A stretch of 64,000 nucleotides of DNA from Escherichia coli (GCF_003790525.1 NZ_CP033635.1), one strand, 5' to 3'. Positions 11,100 through 25,590 are shown, counted from the stretch's first letter. Notes: a model not told the origin generated them from the letters alone. Numbers and translations: made by a program.

Positions 11100-11786
11100 A
11101 TGTTGTATGGGTTTTCAGGTGTTATTTTACAGGGGGCGCTCGTCACGCTGGAGCTGGCTATCAGCTCTGTAGTGCTCGCTGTAATCATCGGTTTAATTGG
11201 CGCTGGCGGTAAGCTCTCGCAAAATCGGCTTTCGGGGCTGATTTTCGAAGGGTACACCACGCTGATTCGAGGCGTGCCGGACTTGGTGTTGATGCTGCTA
11301 ATTTTCTACGGTTTGCAGATTGCACTAAACACGGTGACGGAGGCGATGGGCGTCGGGCAGATTGATATTGATCCGATGGTCGCAGGTATTATCACTCTCG
11401 GTTTTATCTACGGAGCTTACTTTACCGAAACGTTTCGTGGCGCGTTTATGGCAGTGCCGAAAGGACATATAGAGGCGGCGACGGCGTTCGGTTTTACTCG
11501 TGGGCAAGTGTTTCGGCGGATCATGTTTCCGGCGATGATGCGTTACGCCCTGCCAGGCATTGGCAACAACTGGCAGGTGATCCTCAAATCTACCGCACTG
11601 GTTTCGTTACTCGGCCTGGAAGATGTGGTCAAAGCCACGCAGCTGGCAGGCAAAAGTACCTGGGAACCGTTCTATTTCGCTATCGTCTGTGGCGTGATTT
11701 ATCTTGTTTTCACCACCGTTTCCAATGGTGTGCTGCTGTTCCTTGAGCGCCGCTACTCCGTGGGTGTGAAGAGGGCTGACCTGTGA
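11100..11786 (+). CDS. hisQ: histidine ABC transporter permease
   Basis: 228-aa membrane ORF recognised as HisQ. Confidence 0.9.
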   Translation: MLYGFSGVILQGALVTLELAISSVVLAVIIGLIGAGGKLSQNRLSGLIFEGYTTLIRGVPDLVLMLLIFYGLQIALNTVTEAMGVGQIDIDPMVAGIITLGFIYGAYFTETFRGAFMAVPKGHIEAATAFGFTRGQVFRRIMFPAMMRYALPGIGNNWQVILKSTALVSLLGLEDVVKATQLAGKSTWEPFYFAIVCGVIYLVFTTVSNGVLLFLERRYSVGVKRADL

Positions 11787-12499
11787 TCGAAATCTTACAT
11801 GAATACTGGAAACCACTGCTGTGGACTGACGGTTATCGCTTTACTGGCGTGGCGATCACCCTGTGGCTGCTGATTTTGTCGGTAGTGATAGGCGGAGTTC
11901 TGGCGCTGTTTCTGGCGATTGGTCGCGTCTCAAGTAATAAATACATCCAGTTTCCAATCTGGTTATTTACCTATATTTTTCGCGGTACGCCGCTGTATGT
12001 TCAGTTGCTGGTGTTCTATTCCGGCATGTACACGCTGGAGATTGTTAAGGGAACCGAGTTCCTTAACGCCTTTTTTCGCAGTGGCCTGAACTGTACCGTG
12101 CTGGCGCTGACGCTTAACACCTGTGCTTACACCACCGAGATTTTTGCCGGAGCGATCCGTTCAGTGCCGCATGGGGAAATCGAAGCCGCCAGAGCCTATG
12201 GCTTCTCGACCTTTAAAATGTATCGCTGCATTATTTTGCCTTCTGCGCTGCGTATTGCGTTACCGGCATACAGCAACGAAGTGATCCTGATGCTGCACTC
12301 TACTGCGCTGGCGTTTACGGCCACTGTGCCGGATCTGCTGAAAATAGCCCGCGATATTAACGCCGCCACGTATCAACCTTTTACCGCCTTCGGCATTGCC
12401 GCGGTGCTCTATTTAATCATCTCTTATGTCCTGATCAGCCTCTTTCGCAGAGCGGAAAAACGCTGGTTGCAGCATGTGAAACCTTCTTCAACGCACTGA
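11783..12499 (+). CDS. hisM: histidine ABC transporter permease
   Basis: 238-aa membrane ORF; start overlaps hisQ stop by 4 nt. Confidence 0.9.
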   Translation: MIEILHEYWKPLLWTDGYRFTGVAITLWLLILSVVIGGVLALFLAIGRVSSNKYIQFPIWLFTYIFRGTPLYVQLLVFYSGMYTLEIVKGTEFLNAFFRSGLNCTVLALTLNTCAYTTEIFAGAIRSVPHGEIEAARAYGFSTFKMYRCIILPSALRIALPAYSNEVILMLHSTALAFTATVPDLLKIARDINAATYQPFTAFGIAAVLYLIISYVLISLFRRAEKRWLQHVKPSSTH

Positions 12500-12506
12500 G
12501 AATACG

Positions 12507-13280
12507 ATGTCCGAGAATAAATTAAACGTTATCGATTTGCACAAACGCTACGGCGAACACGAAGTGCTGAAAGGGGTTTCACTGCAAGCGAATGCCGGAG
12601 ATGTAATTAGCATCATCGGATCGTCGGGATCGGGGAAAAGTACCTTTCTGCGCTGCATTAACTTCCTCGAAAAACCGAGCGAAGGATCGATCGTGGTCAA
12701 TGGCCAGACGATCAATCTGGTGCGCGACAAAGATGGTCAACTCAAAGTCGCCGATAAAAATCAGCTGCGCTTACTGCGCACACGCCTGACGATGGTATTC
12801 CAGCACTTCAATCTCTGGAGCCATATGACGGTGCTGGAAAACGTCATGGAAGCGCCGATTCAGGTGTTGGGCCTGAGCAAGCAGGAAGCGCGCGAGCGGG
12901 CGGTGAAGTATCTGGCGAAAGTCGGGATAGACGAACGTGCGCAGGGGAAATATCCGGTGCATCTTTCCGGCGGTCAGCAACAGCGTGTTTCCATCGCAAG
13001 GGCGCTGGCAATGGAACCGGAAGTTTTACTGTTTGATGAACCTACCTCGGCGCTCGATCCTGAACTGGTAGGCGAAGTGTTGCGTATTATGCAGCAACTG
13101 GCAGAAGAGGGGAAAACCATGGTGGTGGTGACCCACGAAATGGGCTTTGCTCGCCATGTTTCTACTCACGTCATTTTTCTCCATCAGGGGAAAATAGAGG
13201 AAGAAGGCGCGCCGGAGCAGTTATTTGGCAACCCGCAAAGCCCTCGTCTGCAACAGTTCCTTAAGGGATCGCTGAAATAA
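12507..13280 (+). CDS. hisP: histidine ABC transporter ATP-binding protein
   Basis: 257-aa ORF with Walker [10 protein letters not shown] and ABC signature LSGGQQQR. Confidence 0.95.
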   Translation: MSENKLNVIDLHKRYGEHEVLKGVSLQANAGDVISIIGSSGSGKSTFLRCINFLEKPSEGSIVVNGQTINLVRDKDGQLKVADKNQLRLLRTRLTMVFQHFNLWSHMTVLENVMEAPIQVLGLSKQEARERAVKYLAKVGIDERAQGKYPVHLSGGQQQRVSIARALAMEPEVLLFDEPTSALDPELVGEVLRIMQQLAEEGKTMVVVTHEMGFARHVSTHVIFLHQGKIEEEGAPEQLFGNPQSPRLQQFLKGSLK

Positions 13281-13286
13281 TTCCCC

Positions 13287-13316
13287 CTCCGGTAGCTAAC
13301 GCTGCCGGAGTATTTT
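13287..13316 (+). terminator. probable terminator after hisP
   Basis: CTCCGGTAGC...GCTGCCGGAG stem followed by TATTTT. Confidence 0.45.
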
Positions 13317-13476
13317 CAAGGGAAATTTGCGAGTCCGCTTCCGCTGAAATGTAAAAGTTGCAGCCCGCTAAAAATACTTCTGAATTCGCTGTCCAAAGAT
13401 AAAAACTGCCTGCTGCATTGGGTGTTAATCGTGGTTATTGTCGCGTCATCTTAAATTTGAGGGGTGACGGAACGCC

Positions 13477-14379
13477 ATGACAATATCGACAACTTCCACG
13501 CCGCATGATGCGGTATTTAAATCTTTTTTACGCCATCCAGACACCGCCCGGGATTTTATTGATATTCATCTCCCCGCGCCGCTGCGCAAACTGTGTGATT
13601 TAACGACGCTTAAACTGGAACCAAACAGTTTTATTGATGAAGACCTGCGGCAATATTATTCCGACCTCTTGTGGTCTGTGAAAACGCAGGAGGGAGCGGG
13701 TTATATTTATGTGGTGATAGAGCACCAAAGTAAGCCGGAAGAATTAATGGCTTTTCGCATGATGCGCTATTCCATTGCGGCGATGCAAAACCATCTTGAT
13801 GCAGGCTATAAAGAGCTTCCATTGGTGATCCCGATGCTGTTTTATCATGGTTGCAGAAGTCCTTATCCTTATTCACTCTGCTGGCTTGATGAATTTGCCG
13901 AGCCTGCTATAGCCCGCAAAATATATTCATCAGCTTTTCCGCTGGTGGATATTACCGTGGTGCCGGATGACGAGATTATGCAACATCGCAAAATGGCGCT
14001 GTTGGAGTTAATTCAGAAACATATTCGTCAGCGCGATCTGTTGGGATTAGTCGACCAAATTGTTTCGCTGCTAGTTACAGGAAACACTAATGACAGGCAG
14101 CTAAAAGCCCTGTTTAATTACGTATTACAAACGGGAGATGCCCAGCGTTTCCGTGCATTTATTGGTGAGATAGCGGAACGCGCACCACAAGAAAAGGAGA
14201 AACTGATGACTATTGCTGACAGATTACGTGAAGAAGGGCGGAATGATGGATTAATTCTGGGCAAACGCGAAGAAGCCCTGCGTATTGCTCAGGAGATGCT
14301 GGAGAGAGGTTTAGACAGAGAGTTAGTTATGATGGTGACCCGACTTTCACCAGACGATCTTATCGCGCAAAGCCACTAA
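13477..14379 (+). CDS. rpnB: recombination-promoting nuclease RpnB (YhgA-like, transposase_31 / PD-(D/E)XK family)
   Basis: 300-aa ORF recognised as YfcI/RpnB; N-terminal region has the D...E.Q.K-type nuclease motif (DLLWSV...VVIEHQSK). Confidence 0.8.
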   Translation: MTISTTSTPHDAVFKSFLRHPDTARDFIDIHLPAPLRKLCDLTTLKLEPNSFIDEDLRQYYSDLLWSVKTQEGAGYIYVVIEHQSKPEELMAFRMMRYSIAAMQNHLDAGYKELPLVIPMLFYHGCRSPYPYSLCWLDEFAEPAIARKIYSSAFPLVDITVVPDDEIMQHRKMALLELIQKHIRQRDLLGLVDQIVSLLVTGNTNDRQLKALFNYVLQTGDAQRFRAFIGEIAERAPQEKEKLMTIADRLREEGRNDGLILGKREEALRIAQEMLERGLDRELVMMVTRLSPDDLIAQSH

Positions 14380-14426
14380 TCCTGTAACACCGGGAGTTAA
14401 CTGGCGGATGTTTGCAGTAAACCACA

Positions 14427-15320
14427 TCAGCGAACAACATCCGCCAGCGCCTCTTCTAAATCGTACCAGCGAAACGCAAATCCCGCTTCTTCCAGCCGTT
14501 TAGGCAGCGCGCGTTGTCCACCTAATACCAGTACTGAAGATTCGCCCATTAACAGCCGAATGGCGGTTGCGGGGACGCGCAAAATAGCCGGGCGATGCAG
14601 CGCATGACCGAGCGCATGGGCAAATTGTTCATTGCGTACCGGGTAGGGCGAAACCATATTAAATGGCCCGCGCAGCTCGTTATCCAGCAGCCAGAGAATG
14701 CCGTTGACCATATCATCAATATGAATCCAGGCCAGATACTGCCGACCGGAACCAATCGGCCCGCCCAGGCCAAGACGAAACGGCGGCAGCATTTTACCGA
14801 GAATACCGCCATCCGGTGCCAGCACTACGCCGGTACGCAGCAGGCACACTCGCGTTTTGTCACTTTGTGCCCGACAGGCAATTTCTTCCCAGCGGGCGCA
14901 GAGTTTATGGGTAAATTCGTTATGCGGCGGTTCCTCTTCGGTAACCACCACTTCACCTAAGTCGCCATAATAGCCCGTTGCCGAGCCGGAAATGAGTACC
15001 GACGGTGGCGTGTCGCTGGCATTAATCAAATCGACCAGTTTTTGCGTGATATTCCAGCGGCTTTGGCAGAGACGCTCTTTTTGCTCGTGAGTCCAGCGTT
15101 TATCAGCAATCGGCTCTCCGGCCAGGTTGATTACCGCATCAAAGCCGTTGAGGTTACTTTGATCGGCAAGCCCTTGCCATAGTGTCACCCGAGGGCCGAG
15201 AACGGAACTGGCTTTCTGCGGGTTACGCGTCACTACCGTGATTTGATGGCCCAGATCCAGCAAACGCGGAATCAAATGGCGACCAATTAATCCCGTCCCT
15301 CCGGTGATCACTATCTTCAT
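14427..15320 (-). CDS. yfcH: epimerase family protein YfcH (NAD-dependent, SDR-like)
   Basis: 297-aa ORF with Rossmann motif ITGGTGLIG; recognised as YfcH. Confidence 0.85.
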   Translation of the reverse strand: MKIVITGGTGLIGRHLIPRLLDLGHQITVVTRNPQKASSVLGPRVTLWQGLADQSNLNGFDAVINLAGEPIADKRWTHEQKERLCQSRWNITQKLVDLINASDTPPSVLISGSATGYYGDLGEVVVTEEEPPHNEFTHKLCARWEEIACRAQSDKTRVCLLRTGVVLAPDGGILGKMLPPFRLGLGGPIGSGRQYLAWIHIDDMVNGILWLLDNELRGPFNMVSPYPVRNEQFAHALGHALHRPAILRVPATAIRLLMGESSVLVLGGQRALPKRLEEAGFAFRWYDLEEALADVVR

Positions 15321-15340
15321 GCAGCCTCCCGATATGGCGG

Positions 15341-15703
15341 TTAACGCTGCCAGCTTAAGGTCATGGATACCGAATCGGCGTAGCGCAGCGCGTGCAGTTT
15401 ATCGATCTCCACTTCAGCATACGTCACCCAGTGATGTTCACGTGCGATATCGAGCACATCCTGAGTTAATTTTTCCAGCAAAGAGAAACGGTTATTCTCT
15501 ACATGCTGAATAATGTTTTTCGTTACGGTGCGATAATTCAGCGCATCGTTGATATCTTCGCTAGTGCGCGCTTTATCGGCGGGGTAGTGGATCGTCACAT
15601 TGATAACAATATCCTGACGGTTGTTAATTTCTTCTTCCTTAATTCCGATAAACGTACGTAAACGAAGGTTCTTTATACGAATAATAGCGGCAGGTTGTGC
15701 CAT
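15341..15703 (-). CDS. folX: dihydroneopterin triphosphate 2'-epimerase
   Basis: 120-aa ORF recognised as FolX. Confidence 0.85.
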
Positions 15704-15759
15704 TGCAGGTTCTCCGTTGTTTTACTTAGGATGAAATAATACACGAGAACCTGTTTCTG

Positions 15760-17237
<1,478 letters not shown>

Positions 17238-17240
17238 TGA

Positions 17241-17795
17241 GTGATGAAACTGATGTTTGCATCGGACATTCATGGGTCGTTACCGGCGACGGAACGTGTT
17301 CTGGAGTTGTTTGCCCAAAGCGGTGCCCAGTGGCTGGTGATCCTTGGCGACGTGTTGAATCACGGCCCGCGTAATGCTTTACCGGAGGGTTACGCGCCAG
17401 CCAAAGTCGCTGAACGGCTTAATGAAGTGGCACATAAGGTTATCGCTGTGCGCGGCAACTGCGACAGCGAAGTGGATCAAATGCTGCTGCATTTCCCGAT
17501 AACCGCGCCGTGGCAACAGGTATTACTGGAAAAACAACGTCTGTTTTTGACGCATGGTCATCTTTTTGGCCCGGAAAACCTACCTGCTTTAAACCAGAAC
17601 GATGTGCTGGTGTACGGTCATACCCATCTGCCAGTGGCAGAACAGCGGGGGGAGATTTTCCACTTCAACCCCGGCTCGGTGAGTATTCCTAAAGGCGGTA
17701 ATCCGGCGAGTTATGGCATGCTGGATAATGACGTACTTAGTGTAATCGCACTCAATGATCAAAGTATCATTGCGCAGGTCGCGATTAATCCGTAA
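17241..17795 (+). CDS. yfcE: metallophosphoesterase (Mn-dependent phosphodiesterase) YfcE
   Basis: 184-aa ORF with calcineurin-like motifs (DIHGS, GDVLNHG, GHTH); recognised as YfcE. Confidence 0.85.
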   Translation: MMKLMFASDIHGSLPATERVLELFAQSGAQWLVILGDVLNHGPRNALPEGYAPAKVAERLNEVAHKVIAVRGNCDSEVDQMLLHFPITAPWQQVLLEKQRLFLTHGHLFGPENLPALNQNDVLVYGHTHLPVAEQRGEIFHFNPGSVSIPKGGNPASYGMLDNDVLSVIALNDQSIIAQVAINP

Positions 17796-17852
17796 TTTAC
17801 CCACAACTCAAAATGCGCCGTAAGAGCGCCAGAAAAAGAAGGTTTCCTGATA

Positions 17853-18395
17853 ATGGAACAGCGTCGTTTGGCAAGTACTGAATGGGTGGATATTGTCAAT
17901 GAAGAGAACGAAGTCATTGCACAAGCCAGCCGGGAACAAATGCGGGCACAGTGTCTGCGTCATCGTGCAACTTACATCGTCGTGCATGATGGCATGGGCA
18001 AAATTCTGGTCCAGCGTCGTACCGAGACAAAAGACTTTTTACCCGGCATGTTAGATGCGACCGCAGGCGGTGTGGTCCAGGCCGATGAGCAACTGCTGGA
18101 ATCCGCGCGTCGCGAAGCGGAAGAAGAGTTGGGCATTGCCGGTGTCCCCTTTGCCGAGCACGGGCAGTTCTATTTCGAAGATAAAAATTGCCGTGTCTGG
18201 GGCGCGTTGTTCAGTTGCGTCTCTCACGGTCCCTTCGCCCTACAGGAAGATGAAGTCAGTGAAGTTTGCTGGCTGACGCCGGAAGAAATCACCGCACGCT
18301 GCGATGAGTTCACTCCAGACTCGCTGAAAGCGCTGGCGTTGTGGATGAAGCGCAATGCCAAAAATGAAGCCGTAGAAACTGAAACGGCAGAATGA
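17853..18395 (+). CDS. yfcD: Nudix hydrolase YfcD
   Basis: 180-aa ORF with Nudix box (...[10 protein letters not shown]...); recognised as YfcD. Confidence 0.85.
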
Positions 18396-18422
18396 AAAAA
18401 GAGCCGCAATTGCGGCTCTTAA
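18393..18422. terminator. bidirectional terminator between convergent yfcD and yfcC
   Basis: Palindrome GAGCCGCAATTGCGGCTC flanked by A6 on one side and T-rich sequence on the other. Confidence 0.6.
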
Positions 18423-18427
18423 CATTT

Positions 18428-19948
18428 TTAGTGGTAGCCCATCAACTGAGCGCCGATCACCACGACGCTGGACATAATAAACAGCAGTCCAAGCAGTGTC
18501 GCGCCCACCTTCAGCCAGTTACGGAAGTCCACCCGGCAAACACCGAGCGTTGCCATTAACGAAGCTGAGGTCGGGTAAATGATGTGGCTGAAGCCATCAC
18601 CAAACTGGAACGCCAGCACGGTAACCTGACGGTTAACACCGACCAGATCGCCAAGCGGTGCCAGTAACGGCATGGTTAACGCCGCCTGACCAGAACCGGA
18701 CGTCACGAAGAAATTAAATACTGCCTGGAAGAGCAACATAAACCAGGCCGCGACCGCGTTATCCAGACCGCTAATGGCATTGGCAATGCTGTTGAGGATG
18801 GTATTTAACACGCTGGCATCACCCGCTTCACCATTACCGACCAGCAGCAAAATCCCTTTGGCGAAACCCACCAGCAGGGCAGGGGCGATCATCATTCGCG
18901 CCCCTTCGGTAAAGGATGAAGCCATGGTATTAACCGTCATGCCGTTAAGGCGGAAAACGACGCCGATGATGCCAATCACCAGACCCATGGTGAAGAACTG
19001 GCTGGCAATTTCTGGAATAAACCAGGCATTAACGATCACGCCCCAAATCACCCAGACCATTACGGCGGTCAGGACAATCAATACCAGCCAGTCACCAAAG
19101 GTAAACGGACGTTGTTCAACATCCGCCTGCTTTTCACGAAAGAAGCGGTCGGACTCATGCACGCGTGACAGAAGAGGATTCTTTTTCACTCGTGAGGCGT
19201 ACACCATGGTAAAGATCAGGCCAATCAGAGTGGCGATAACCCATACCACGATGCGCAACCCGGAGCCAGAAAGCACCGGAACGCCGGCAATCCCCTGAGC
19301 AACGACCACACAAAACGGGTTCATCCACGAACTGGCAAAACCGATTTGCGTGGCAATATAAGTCACCAGGACGGTGGTAATACTGTCATAGCCCAGCCGG
19401 ACCATTAGCGGTGCGATGATAATGGCAAAGGCGACGGCCTCTTCCCCCATACCAAATACCGCACCGCCAAGTGAAAACAGAATAAACAGCGCAGGAATAA
19501 AGAGAATTTCATTCCCGCGAGTATGGCGAATAAGCGCCAGGATACCGTTATCAATGGTTCCTGTACGCATCACAATGCCAAACGCGCCGCCAATCACCAG
19601 CATAAACATGATGATGCCAACGGCTGTCCCGTATTTCGATCCTGAGGTTAACCCTTCAAACGGGAAGTTCATCAGACCCGGGCGTTCATCGCCCGTCGTG
19701 AACAGTTGTACGCGGTGATACTCAGGTTCGCCTGCTTCGTTAGTCAGAATGCGGAATGAGTGTGGATCTACGACTTTGCGTGTTTTTGTTTGACCATCAA
19801 CCTGATACTGCACTTCCTGACTGTCAAACATGCCCACCGGAACTACCCAGGTGGCAAGGCTGGTTAAAATGGCAACAAAAAAGATAATCACCAACGTATC
19901 GGGCATTGCCCATCTTCTTGTTGGTTTAGATTCAGTGATTGCGGACAT
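18428..19948 (-). CDS. yfcC: putative inner membrane transporter YfcC
   Basis: Polytopic membrane ORF; start set at the ATG giving MSAITESK (506 aa) rather than the upstream GTG of the ORF track. Confidence 0.8.
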   Translation of the reverse strand: MSAITESKPTRRWAMPDTLVIIFFVAILTSLATWVVPVGMFDSQEVQYQVDGQTKTRKVVDPHSFRILTNEAGEPEYHRVQLFTTGDERPGLMNFPFEGLTSGSKYGTAVGIIMFMLVIGGAFGIVMRTGTIDNGILALIRHTRGNEILFIPALFILFSLGGAVFGMGEEAVAFAIIIAPLMVRLGYDSITTVLVTYIATQIGFASSWMNPFCVVVAQGIAGVPVLSGSGLRIVVWVIATLIGLIFTMVYASRVKKNPLLSRVHESDRFFREKQADVEQRPFTFGDWLVLIVLTAVMVWVIWGVIVNAWFIPEIASQFFTMGLVIGIIGVVFRLNGMTVNTMASSFTEGARMMIAPALLVGFAKGILLLVGNGEAGDASVLNTILNSIANAISGLDNAVAAWFMLLFQAVFNFFVTSGSGQAALTMPLLAPLGDLVGVNRQVTVLAFQFGDGFSHIIYPTSASLMATLGVCRVDFRNWLKVGATLLGLLFIMSSVVVIGAQLMGYH

Positions 19949-20066
19949 AGCGCAAATATTCCCTTGCACAAAACAAAGTGGTAAGTATGCAAAGTGAGAT
20001 GGCGCAATTCATTGATGCAGCGCAGTTAAGCAAGATAATCAGAAAGGATTAATGCAAATTAAGAGA

Positions 20067-20099
20067 ATAAAAAACCGGAAATAGTGACTATTTCCGGTT
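20067..20099 (-). terminator. intrinsic terminator after pta
   Basis: On the minus strand, AACCGGAAATAG-tca-CTATTTCCGGTT hairpin followed by T6; a second hairpin CCGCAGCGCAAAGCTGCGG lies at 20107-20125. Confidence 0.75.
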
Positions 20100-20137
20100 C
20101 CGATATCCGCAGCGCAAAGCTGCGGATGATGACGAGA

Positions 20138-22282
20138 TTACTGCTGCTGTGCAGACTGAATCGCAGTCAGCGCGATGGTGTAGACGATATCGTCAACCAG
20201 TGCGCCACGGGACAGATCGTTAACCGGCTTGCGCATACCCTGCAGCATCGGCCCGATGGAGATCAGATCGGCAGAACGCTGTACCGCTTTGTAGGTGGTG
20301 TTACCGGTGTTCAGATCCGGGAAGATGAACACGGTAGCGCGACCTGCAACCGGAGAGTTCGGCGCTTTGGATTTCGCAACGTCAGCCATTACCGCAGCGT
20401 CGTACTGCAGCGGACCGTCGATCATCAGGTCAGGACGTTTTTCCTGCGCCAGACGAGTTGCTTCGCGAACTTTTTCTACGTCGCTACCAGCACCAGAAGT
20501 ACCGGTGGAGTAGGAGAGCATAGCAACGCGCGGTTCGATACCGAAGGCCGCAGCGGAATCAGCGGACTGAATCGCGATTTCTGCCAGCTGTTCTGCAGTC
20601 GGATCCGGGTTGATCGCACAGTCACCGTAAACGTAAACCTGTTCCGGCAACAGCATGAAGAACACGGAAGATACCAGGGAGCTGCCCGGTGCAGTTTTGA
20701 TCAGCTGCAGCGGCGGACGGATGGTGTTTGCGGTGGTGTGAACAGCACCGGAAACCAGACCATCAACTTCATCTTGTTCCAGCATCAGCGTACCGAGAAC
20801 CACGTTGTCTTCCAGCTGTTCGCGGGCAACGGTTTCGGTCATGCCTTTGTTCTTACGCAGTTCGACCAGACGACCAACATAGCTTTCGCGAACCACTTCT
20901 GGATCAACGATTTCAATGCCTGCACCCAGTTCTACACCCTGAGACGCTGCAACACGGTTGATCTCTGCCGGATTACCCAGCAGTACGCAAGTTGCGATAC
21001 CACGTTCAGCACAGATAGCGGCTGCTTTAACGGTACGCGGTTCGTCACCTTCCGGCAGAACGATACGTTTGCCCGCTTTGCGCGCAAGTTCAGTCAGCTG
21101 ATAACGGAACGCTGGCGGAGACAGACGGCGGCTGCGCTCAGAAGTGGCAGTCAGAGAATCGATCCAGTCAGCGTTGATGTAGTTAGCAACGTATTCCTGA
21201 ACTTTCTCGATACGCTCGTGATCGTCAACCGGAACTTCCAGGTTGAAGCTCTGCAGGCTCAGAGAAGTCTGCCAGGTGTTGGTGTTCACCATAAATACCG
21301 GCAGGCCGGTAGCGAAAGCACGTTCGCACAGTTTAGAAATGCGCGCGTCCATTTCGTAGCCGCCAGTCAGCAGCAGGGCACCGATTTCTACGCCGTTCAT
21401 GGCAGCCAGGCACGCGGCAACCAGCACGTCAGGACGGTCTGCGGAAGTCACCAGCAGAGAACCAGCACGGAAGTGCTCCAGCATGTGTGGAATGCTGCGT
21501 GCGCAGAAAGTGACGGATTTAACGCGGCGAGTATTGATGTCACCTTCGTTGATGATGGTCGCATTCAGGTGGCGAGCCATATCGATCGCACGAGTCGCGA
21601 TCAGGTCAAAGCTCCACGGCACAGCGCCGAGAACCGGCAGCGGGCTGGATTCTTGCAGCTTCGCCGGATCAACGTTGTTCACTTTTGCTTTGGTGGAGTC
21701 GTCAAAAATCTCGGACAGATCCGGACGGGTACGACCCTGCTCATCAACCGGAGCGTTCAGTTTGTTAACGATAACGCCGGTAATATTGGTGTTTTTTGCA
21801 CCGCCGAAGCTGTTGCGAGTCAGTTCGATACGCTCTTTCAACTGTTCCGGAGTATCAGTGCCCTGAGACATAACGAAGACGATTTCCGCATTCAGCGTTT
21901 TAGCGATTTCGTAGTTCAGAGACTGGGCAAACTGGTGTTTACGTGTCGGGACCAGACCTTCAACCAGAACGACTTCAGCGTCTTTGGTGTTAGCGTGGTA
22001 GTTCGCGACGATCTCTTCCATCAGCACATCTTTCTGATTGCTGGAAAGCAGACCTTCAACGTAGCTCATTTTCAGCGGTTCAGCGGCCGTCGTGGTGGAA
22101 GAGTTCGCACGCACGATAGTCGTAGTCTGATCGGGCGCATCGCCACCGGTACGCGGCTGAGCGATAGGTTTGAAAACGCTCAGACGAACGCCTTTGCGTT
22201 CCATTGCACGGATCACGCCAAGGCTGACGCTGGTCAGACCGACGCTGGTTCCGGTAGGGATCAGCATAATAATACGGGACAC
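20138..22282 (-). CDS. pta: phosphate acetyltransferase
   Basis: 714-aa ORF recognised as Pta; followed on the minus strand by a strong hairpin and T-run. Confidence 0.95.
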   Translation of the reverse strand: MSRIIMLIPTGTSVGLTSVSLGVIRAMERKGVRLSVFKPIAQPRTGGDAPDQTTTIVRANSSTTTAAEPLKMSYVEGLLSSNQKDVLMEEIVANYHANTKDAEVVLVEGLVPTRKHQFAQSLNYEIAKTLNAEIVFVMSQGTDTPEQLKERIELTRNSFGGAKNTNITGVIVNKLNAPVDEQGRTRPDLSEIFDDSTKAKVNNVDPAKLQESSPLPVLGAVPWSFDLIATRAIDMARHLNATIINEGDINTRRVKSVTFCARSIPHMLEHFRAGSLLVTSADRPDVLVAACLAAMNGVEIGALLLTGGYEMDARISKLCERAFATGLPVFMVNTNTWQTSLSLQSFNLEVPVDDHERIEKVQEYVANYINADWIDSLTATSERSRRLSPPAFRYQLTELARKAGKRIVLPEGDEPRTVKAAAICAERGIATCVLLGNPAEINRVAASQGVELGAGIEIVDPEVVRESYVGRLVELRKNKGMTETVAREQLEDNVVLGTLMLEQDEVDGLVSGAVHTTANTIRPPLQLIKTAPGSSLVSSVFFMLLPEQVYVYGDCAINPDPTAEQLAEIAIQSADSAAAFGIEPRVAMLSYSTGTSGAGSDVEKVREATRLAQEKRPDLMIDGPLQYDAAVMADVAKSKAPNSPVAGRATVFIFPDLNTGNTTYKAVQRSADLISIGPMLQGMRKPVNDLSRGALVDDIVYTIALTAIQSAQQQ

Positions 22283-22356
22283 GGTTTATCCTCTTTCGTT
22301 ACCGCCGATTTGGCGGGTTACAAAACAGCACCGCCAGCTTAGCTGGCGGTGTGAAA

Positions 22357-23559
22357 TCAGGCAGTCAGGCGGCTCGCGTCTTGCGCGATAACCAGTTCTT
22401 CGTTGGTTGGGATAACCACCGCAGGACGGGTACCTTCTTTGTTGATGAAACCAGATTTGCCGAAACGTGCAGCCAGGTTGCGTTCATGATCAACTTCAAA
22501 GCCCAGCACGCCCAGTTTGCCCAGAGACAGTTCACGAACCATCGCGGCATTTTCACCGATACCACCGGTGAATACAACAGCGTCCAGACGACCATCCATC
22601 AGCGCAGTGTAGGCACCGATGTATTTCGCCAGGCGGTGGCAGTAAACGTCCATTGCGCGCTTCGCGTCTTCTTTCGTCGCGTAGTTGTCTTCAACATAGC
22701 GGCAGTCGCTGGTCACTTCGGTCAGACCCAGCAGGCCAGACTCTTTGGTCAGCAGTTTGTTGATTGCGTCAACGCTCATGCCCAGGGTGTCGTGCAGGTG
22801 GAAGATGATCGCCGGATCGATATCACCAGAACGGGTACCCATGACCAGACCTTCCAGCGGGGTCAGGCCCATAGAGGTGTCAACGCATTTACCGTTGCGG
22901 ATAGCAGAAACGGAACCACCGTTGCCCAGGTGGCAGGTGATGATGTTCAGTTCTTCTACCGGTTTGTTCAGCATTTTTGCCGCTTCCTGGGTTACATAGA
23001 AGTGGCTGGTGCCGTGCGCGCCGTAACGACGGATGCCGTGCTCTTTGTACAGGTTGTACGGCAGGGCGTAGAGGTAAGACTCTTCCGGCATAGTCTGGTG
23101 GAACGCGGTGTCAAATACAGCAACGTTTTTGTCTTTCAGCTGTGGGAAAGATTTCAGAGCTTCTTCGATACCGATCAGGTGAGCCGGGTTGTGCAGCGGT
23201 GCAAAAGAAGCTGCATCTTTGATACCCTGAATAACAGACTCATCGATCACTACGGAGCTGGTATACTTTTCGCCGCCGTGTACGATACGGTGACCGATAG
23301 CAGTCAGCTGCGCAGACAGTTCTGGTTTTTGTGCCAGAATAGTATTAACGATAAAGTTGAGCGCTTCGCTGTGAGCGGCGCCTGCACCTAAAGCCGCTTC
23401 CTGTTTATTGCCGTCCATTTTCCATTTGATACGTGCTTCGGGCAGGTGGAAACATTCGGCTAAACCAGAAAGGTACTCTTCACCATTTACTGCATCGATG
23501 ATGGCAAATTTCAGTGAAGAACTACCGCAGTTCAGAACCAGTACTAACTTACTCGACAT
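22357..23559 (-). CDS. ackA: acetate kinase
   Basis: 400-aa ORF starting [20 protein letters not shown]; recognised as AckA; upstream of pta. Confidence 0.95.
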   Translation of the reverse strand: MSSKLVLVLNCGSSSLKFAIIDAVNGEEYLSGLAECFHLPEARIKWKMDGNKQEAALGAGAAHSEALNFIVNTILAQKPELSAQLTAIGHRIVHGGEKYTSSVVIDESVIQGIKDAASFAPLHNPAHLIGIEEALKSFPQLKDKNVAVFDTAFHQTMPEESYLYALPYNLYKEHGIRRYGAHGTSHFYVTQEAAKMLNKPVEELNIITCHLGNGGSVSAIRNGKCVDTSMGLTPLEGLVMGTRSGDIDPAIIFHLHDTLGMSVDAINKLLTKESGLLGLTEVTSDCRYVEDNYATKEDAKRAMDVYCHRLAKYIGAYTALMDGRLDAVVFTGGIGENAAMVRELSLGKLGVLGFEVDHERNLAARFGKSGFINKEGTRPAVVIPTNEELVIAQDASRLTA

Positions 23560-23896
23560 GGAAGTACCTATAATTGATACGTGGCTAAAAAAACGTCAGG
23601 GAGCCATAGAGCGTAGCGCATGATGACACCGACATTTATGATTAACATCATGCACTGCAAATTTTTTTTGCATGATGGAAGAAATATCTTGAGTCTATGC
23701 CATTTTGCGTAATTTTCAGCCAATGGCATAATGTATATGAATTTGACGACTCAATGAATATGTACTACTTAGGCCTTCAGGCTGCTAAAGGATACCTGAT
23801 AGTGGGTATGGAAGACAAAATGTTTTGAACGTTGTCCCGCTGAGTTGTGAATTTGCACAAATTTTTGAATCTTTATATGTGAAGTTGAGGTGAAGC

Positions 23897-24352
23897 ATGT
23901 CAACGCCGGATAATCGTTCTGTTAATTTTTTTAGCTTGTTTCGCCGGGGACAGCATTACTCAAAGACGTGGCCGCTGGAAAAACGCCTTGCCCCAGTCTT
24001 TGTCGAAAATCGCGTTATCAAGATGACGCGTTATGCGATCCGTTTTATGCCGCCGATCGCCGTATTTACTCTCTGCTGGCAGATTGCCCTGGGCGGTCAG
24101 CTTGGGCCGGCAGTTGCCACTGCGCTGTTCGCCTTAAGTTTACCCATGCAGGGATTGTGGTGGCTGGGCAAGCGTTCTGTAACGCCATTACCCCCTGCTA
24201 TCCTCAACTGGTTTTATGAAGTTCGCGGTAAATTGCAGGAGTCTGGACAGGTGTTGGCACCCGTTGAAGGCAAGCCTGATTACCAGGCATTAGCTGACAC
24301 GCTTAAGCGCGCCTTCAAACAACTGGATAAAACTTTCCTTGATGATTTGTAA
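23897..24352 (+). CDS. yfbV: UPF0208 membrane protein YfbV
   Basis: 151-aa ORF divergent from ackA; recognised as YfbV. Confidence 0.85.
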
Positions 24353-24356
24353 TTGA

Positions 24357-24929
<573 letters not shown>

Positions 24930-24939
24930 GGAGGCCCGC

Positions 24940-25590
24940 GTGCGGTGCAAAGGTTTTCTGTTTGATCTTGATGGAACGCTGGTGGATTCCCTGCCTGCGG
25001 TAGAGCGGGCGTGGAGCAACTGGGCCAGACGTCATGGGTTAGCGCCGGAAGAGGTGCTGGCTTTCATTCACGGTAAACAGGCGATCACCTCTCTGCGCCA
25101 TTTTATGGCGGGCAAATCCGAGGCTGATATTGCCGCCGAGTTTACGCGTCTGGAGCAAATCGAGGCCACGGAAACCGAGGGTATTACCGCGCTTCCGGGG
25201 GCAATCGCCTTACTCAATCATTTGAATAAAGCAGGTATTCCGTGGGCCATTGTGACTTCTGGCTCCATGCCGGTAGCGCGAGCGCGCCATAAAGTAGCTG
25301 GGCTTCCCGCACCAGAGGTGTTTGTAACCGCTGAGCGAGTGAAGCGCGGAAAACCAGAACCTGATGCGTATCTGTTAGGCGCGCAGCTGCTGGGGCTTGC
25401 GCCGCAGGAGTGTGTGGTGGTGGAAGATGCTCCCGCTGGCGTGCTTTCTGGCCTGGCGGCGGGGTGTCATGTCATTGCGGTTAACGCTCCGGCAGATACC
25501 CCGCGCCTGAATGAGGTCGATTTAGTCCTCCACAGTCTGGAGCAAATTACTGTGACCAAACAGCCAAATGGCGATGTTATTATTCAGTGA
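24940..25590 (+). CDS. yfbT: HAD-family sugar phosphatase YfbT
   Basis: 216-aa ORF with HAD motif FDLDGTLVDS; GTG start preceded by GGAGG. Confidence 0.85.
   Translation: MRCKGFLFDLDGTLVDSLPAVERAWSNWARRHGLAPEEVLAFIHGKQAITSLRHFMAGKSEADIAAEFTRLEQIEATETEGITALPGAIALLNHLNKAGIPWAIVTSGSMPVARARHKVAGLPAPEVFVTAERVKRGKPEPDAYLLGAQLLGLAPQECVVVEDAPAGVLSGLAAGCHVIAVNAPADTPRLNEVDLVLHSLEQITVTKQPNGDVIIQ

Noticed and set aside
20084-22342. 752-aa stop-free ORF on the plus strand covering the whole pta locus
   Set aside because: It is the antisense frame of pta, which is confidently recognised on the minus strand. Long antisense ORFs are a known artefact of strong codon bias in highly expressed GC-rich genes. 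There is no RBS, and the product is low-complexity and Arg/Val/Gln-rich.
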